DNA of 32,000 nucleotides from Mycolicibacterium xanthum (GTDB taxonomy: Bacteria > Actinomycetota > Actinomycetes > Mycobacteriales > Mycobacteriaceae), in the NCBI RefSeq assembly GCF_019710635.1, contig NZ_JAIFZS010000057.1, positions 3,775-35,774 of the forward strand, read 5' to 3'. The position numbers and the translations under genes were made by a program. Positions 31,664 to 32,000 of the stretch are shown in pieces (position 1 is the stretch's first letter; each line of letters begins with the position of its first letter). The notes under the pieces were generated by a model, which was not told the DNA's origin, did not search any database, and was given only the letters and a program-made list of their open reading frames with translations.

Positions 31664-31837
31664 CTGGCGGCATGGGCCCGGGGGCAGGTCACCGCCCGGG
31701 AAGGTCTCCTGCATGATGAATTTCGAGAACCGCAGCAGCATCATCTCGCGACGTCGCCCGGATATGCCGGTGCGATCCGCAACTATCGTGGAGGGGTACA
31801 CGCCCCGACCTCGTCACCCACCACTGGAGGTATGCCG

Positions 31838-32000
31838 ATGACGACACCTGACCGCAGCCCGTTCGGTGACGCCACCGAGGCCGACGTGGCAGAGCAGCAC
31901 AGCCCCGTCGGCGACGCCGGCGACGACGACACCTGGAGCGACGCCGCGAAGGTCGGCACCGACCGGGGGTGGCAGGCCGACGAGGCGGACCTGATCGAGC
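31838..32000 (+). CDS. Acidic hypothetical protein, N-terminal part (gene continues beyond the window end)
   Basis: The ATG at 31838 follows GGAGG. It translates as MTTPDRSPFGDATEADVAEQHSPVGDAGDDDTWSDAAKVGTDRGWQADEADLIE, with GC3-rich codons and a repeated EAD..E motif. The frame is open to the window end. Confidence 0.45.
   Translation, partial: MTTPDRSPFGDATEADVAEQHSPVGDAGDDDTWSDAAKVGTDRGWQADEADLIE

Noticed and set aside
27774-31673. Several long shadow ORFs (27774..29072 plus, 29284..30672 plus, 30417..31673 minus, 27744..28664 minus)
   Set aside because: Each is antisense to, or frame-shifted against, a motif-supported gene, and each has an extreme Arg/Pro/Ala/Ser composition.
31625-31744. 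39-codon minus-strand ORF (MMLLRFSKFIMQETFPGGDLPPGPCRQGRVQPGQDLSQR) downstream of the agmatinase gene
   Set aside because: It has a weak ribosome-binding context, overlaps the agmatinase stop and the terminator hairpin, and I recognise no family.
1-32000. CRISPR arrays, tRNA or rRNA genes, prophage or defence-island hallmarks
   Set aside because: I saw no regularly spaced direct repeats, no tRNA-like T-arm or anticodon architecture, no phage structural or integrase genes, and no nuclease, helicase or methylase combinations in any frame.

Overview
High-G+C actinobacterial chromosome segment, almost certainly a Mycobacterium or Mycolicibacterium. This is supported by a CYP125 ortholog, an LpqH-type lipoprotein, a YkuD L,D-transpeptidase, a FabG3-like SDR, CinA and KstR-type operator boxes. 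I support about 40 protein-coding genes, and I found no rRNA, tRNA, CRISPR array or transposase. The most interesting unit is a tightly coupled four-gene signalling operon at 1678-6064. It encodes a REC-PP2C phosphatase, a CHASE3-HAMP histidine kinase, a stand-alone REC response regulator and an alkaline-phosphatase-superfamily enzyme. About 9-10 kb away (15115-15998) lies an RsbV/RsbW-like STAS plus anti-sigma kinase pair with no sigma factor gene next to it. Together these look like an RsbK/RsbY-style two-component input into a partner-switching cascade, with an extra branch resembling a split PorX. Other notable points are as follows. Two 14-bp boxes match the KstR (cholesterol regulon) operator, one in the FabG3-like/DapB-like divergent promoter and one upstream of a nitronate monooxygenase. 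A cyp125 paralog sits outside any steroid cluster. An amidase pseudogene has had its middle replaced by a cassette encoding a small secreted protein with its own hairpin terminator. A signal-less NlpC/P60 hydrolase follows an unusually AT-rich 211-bp region. A YciI-like gene remnant abuts the lpqH-like gene. A secreted Pro/Ala-rich protein gene contains perfect in-frame tandem duplications. All functional calls rest on motif recognition by eye; no database search was possible.
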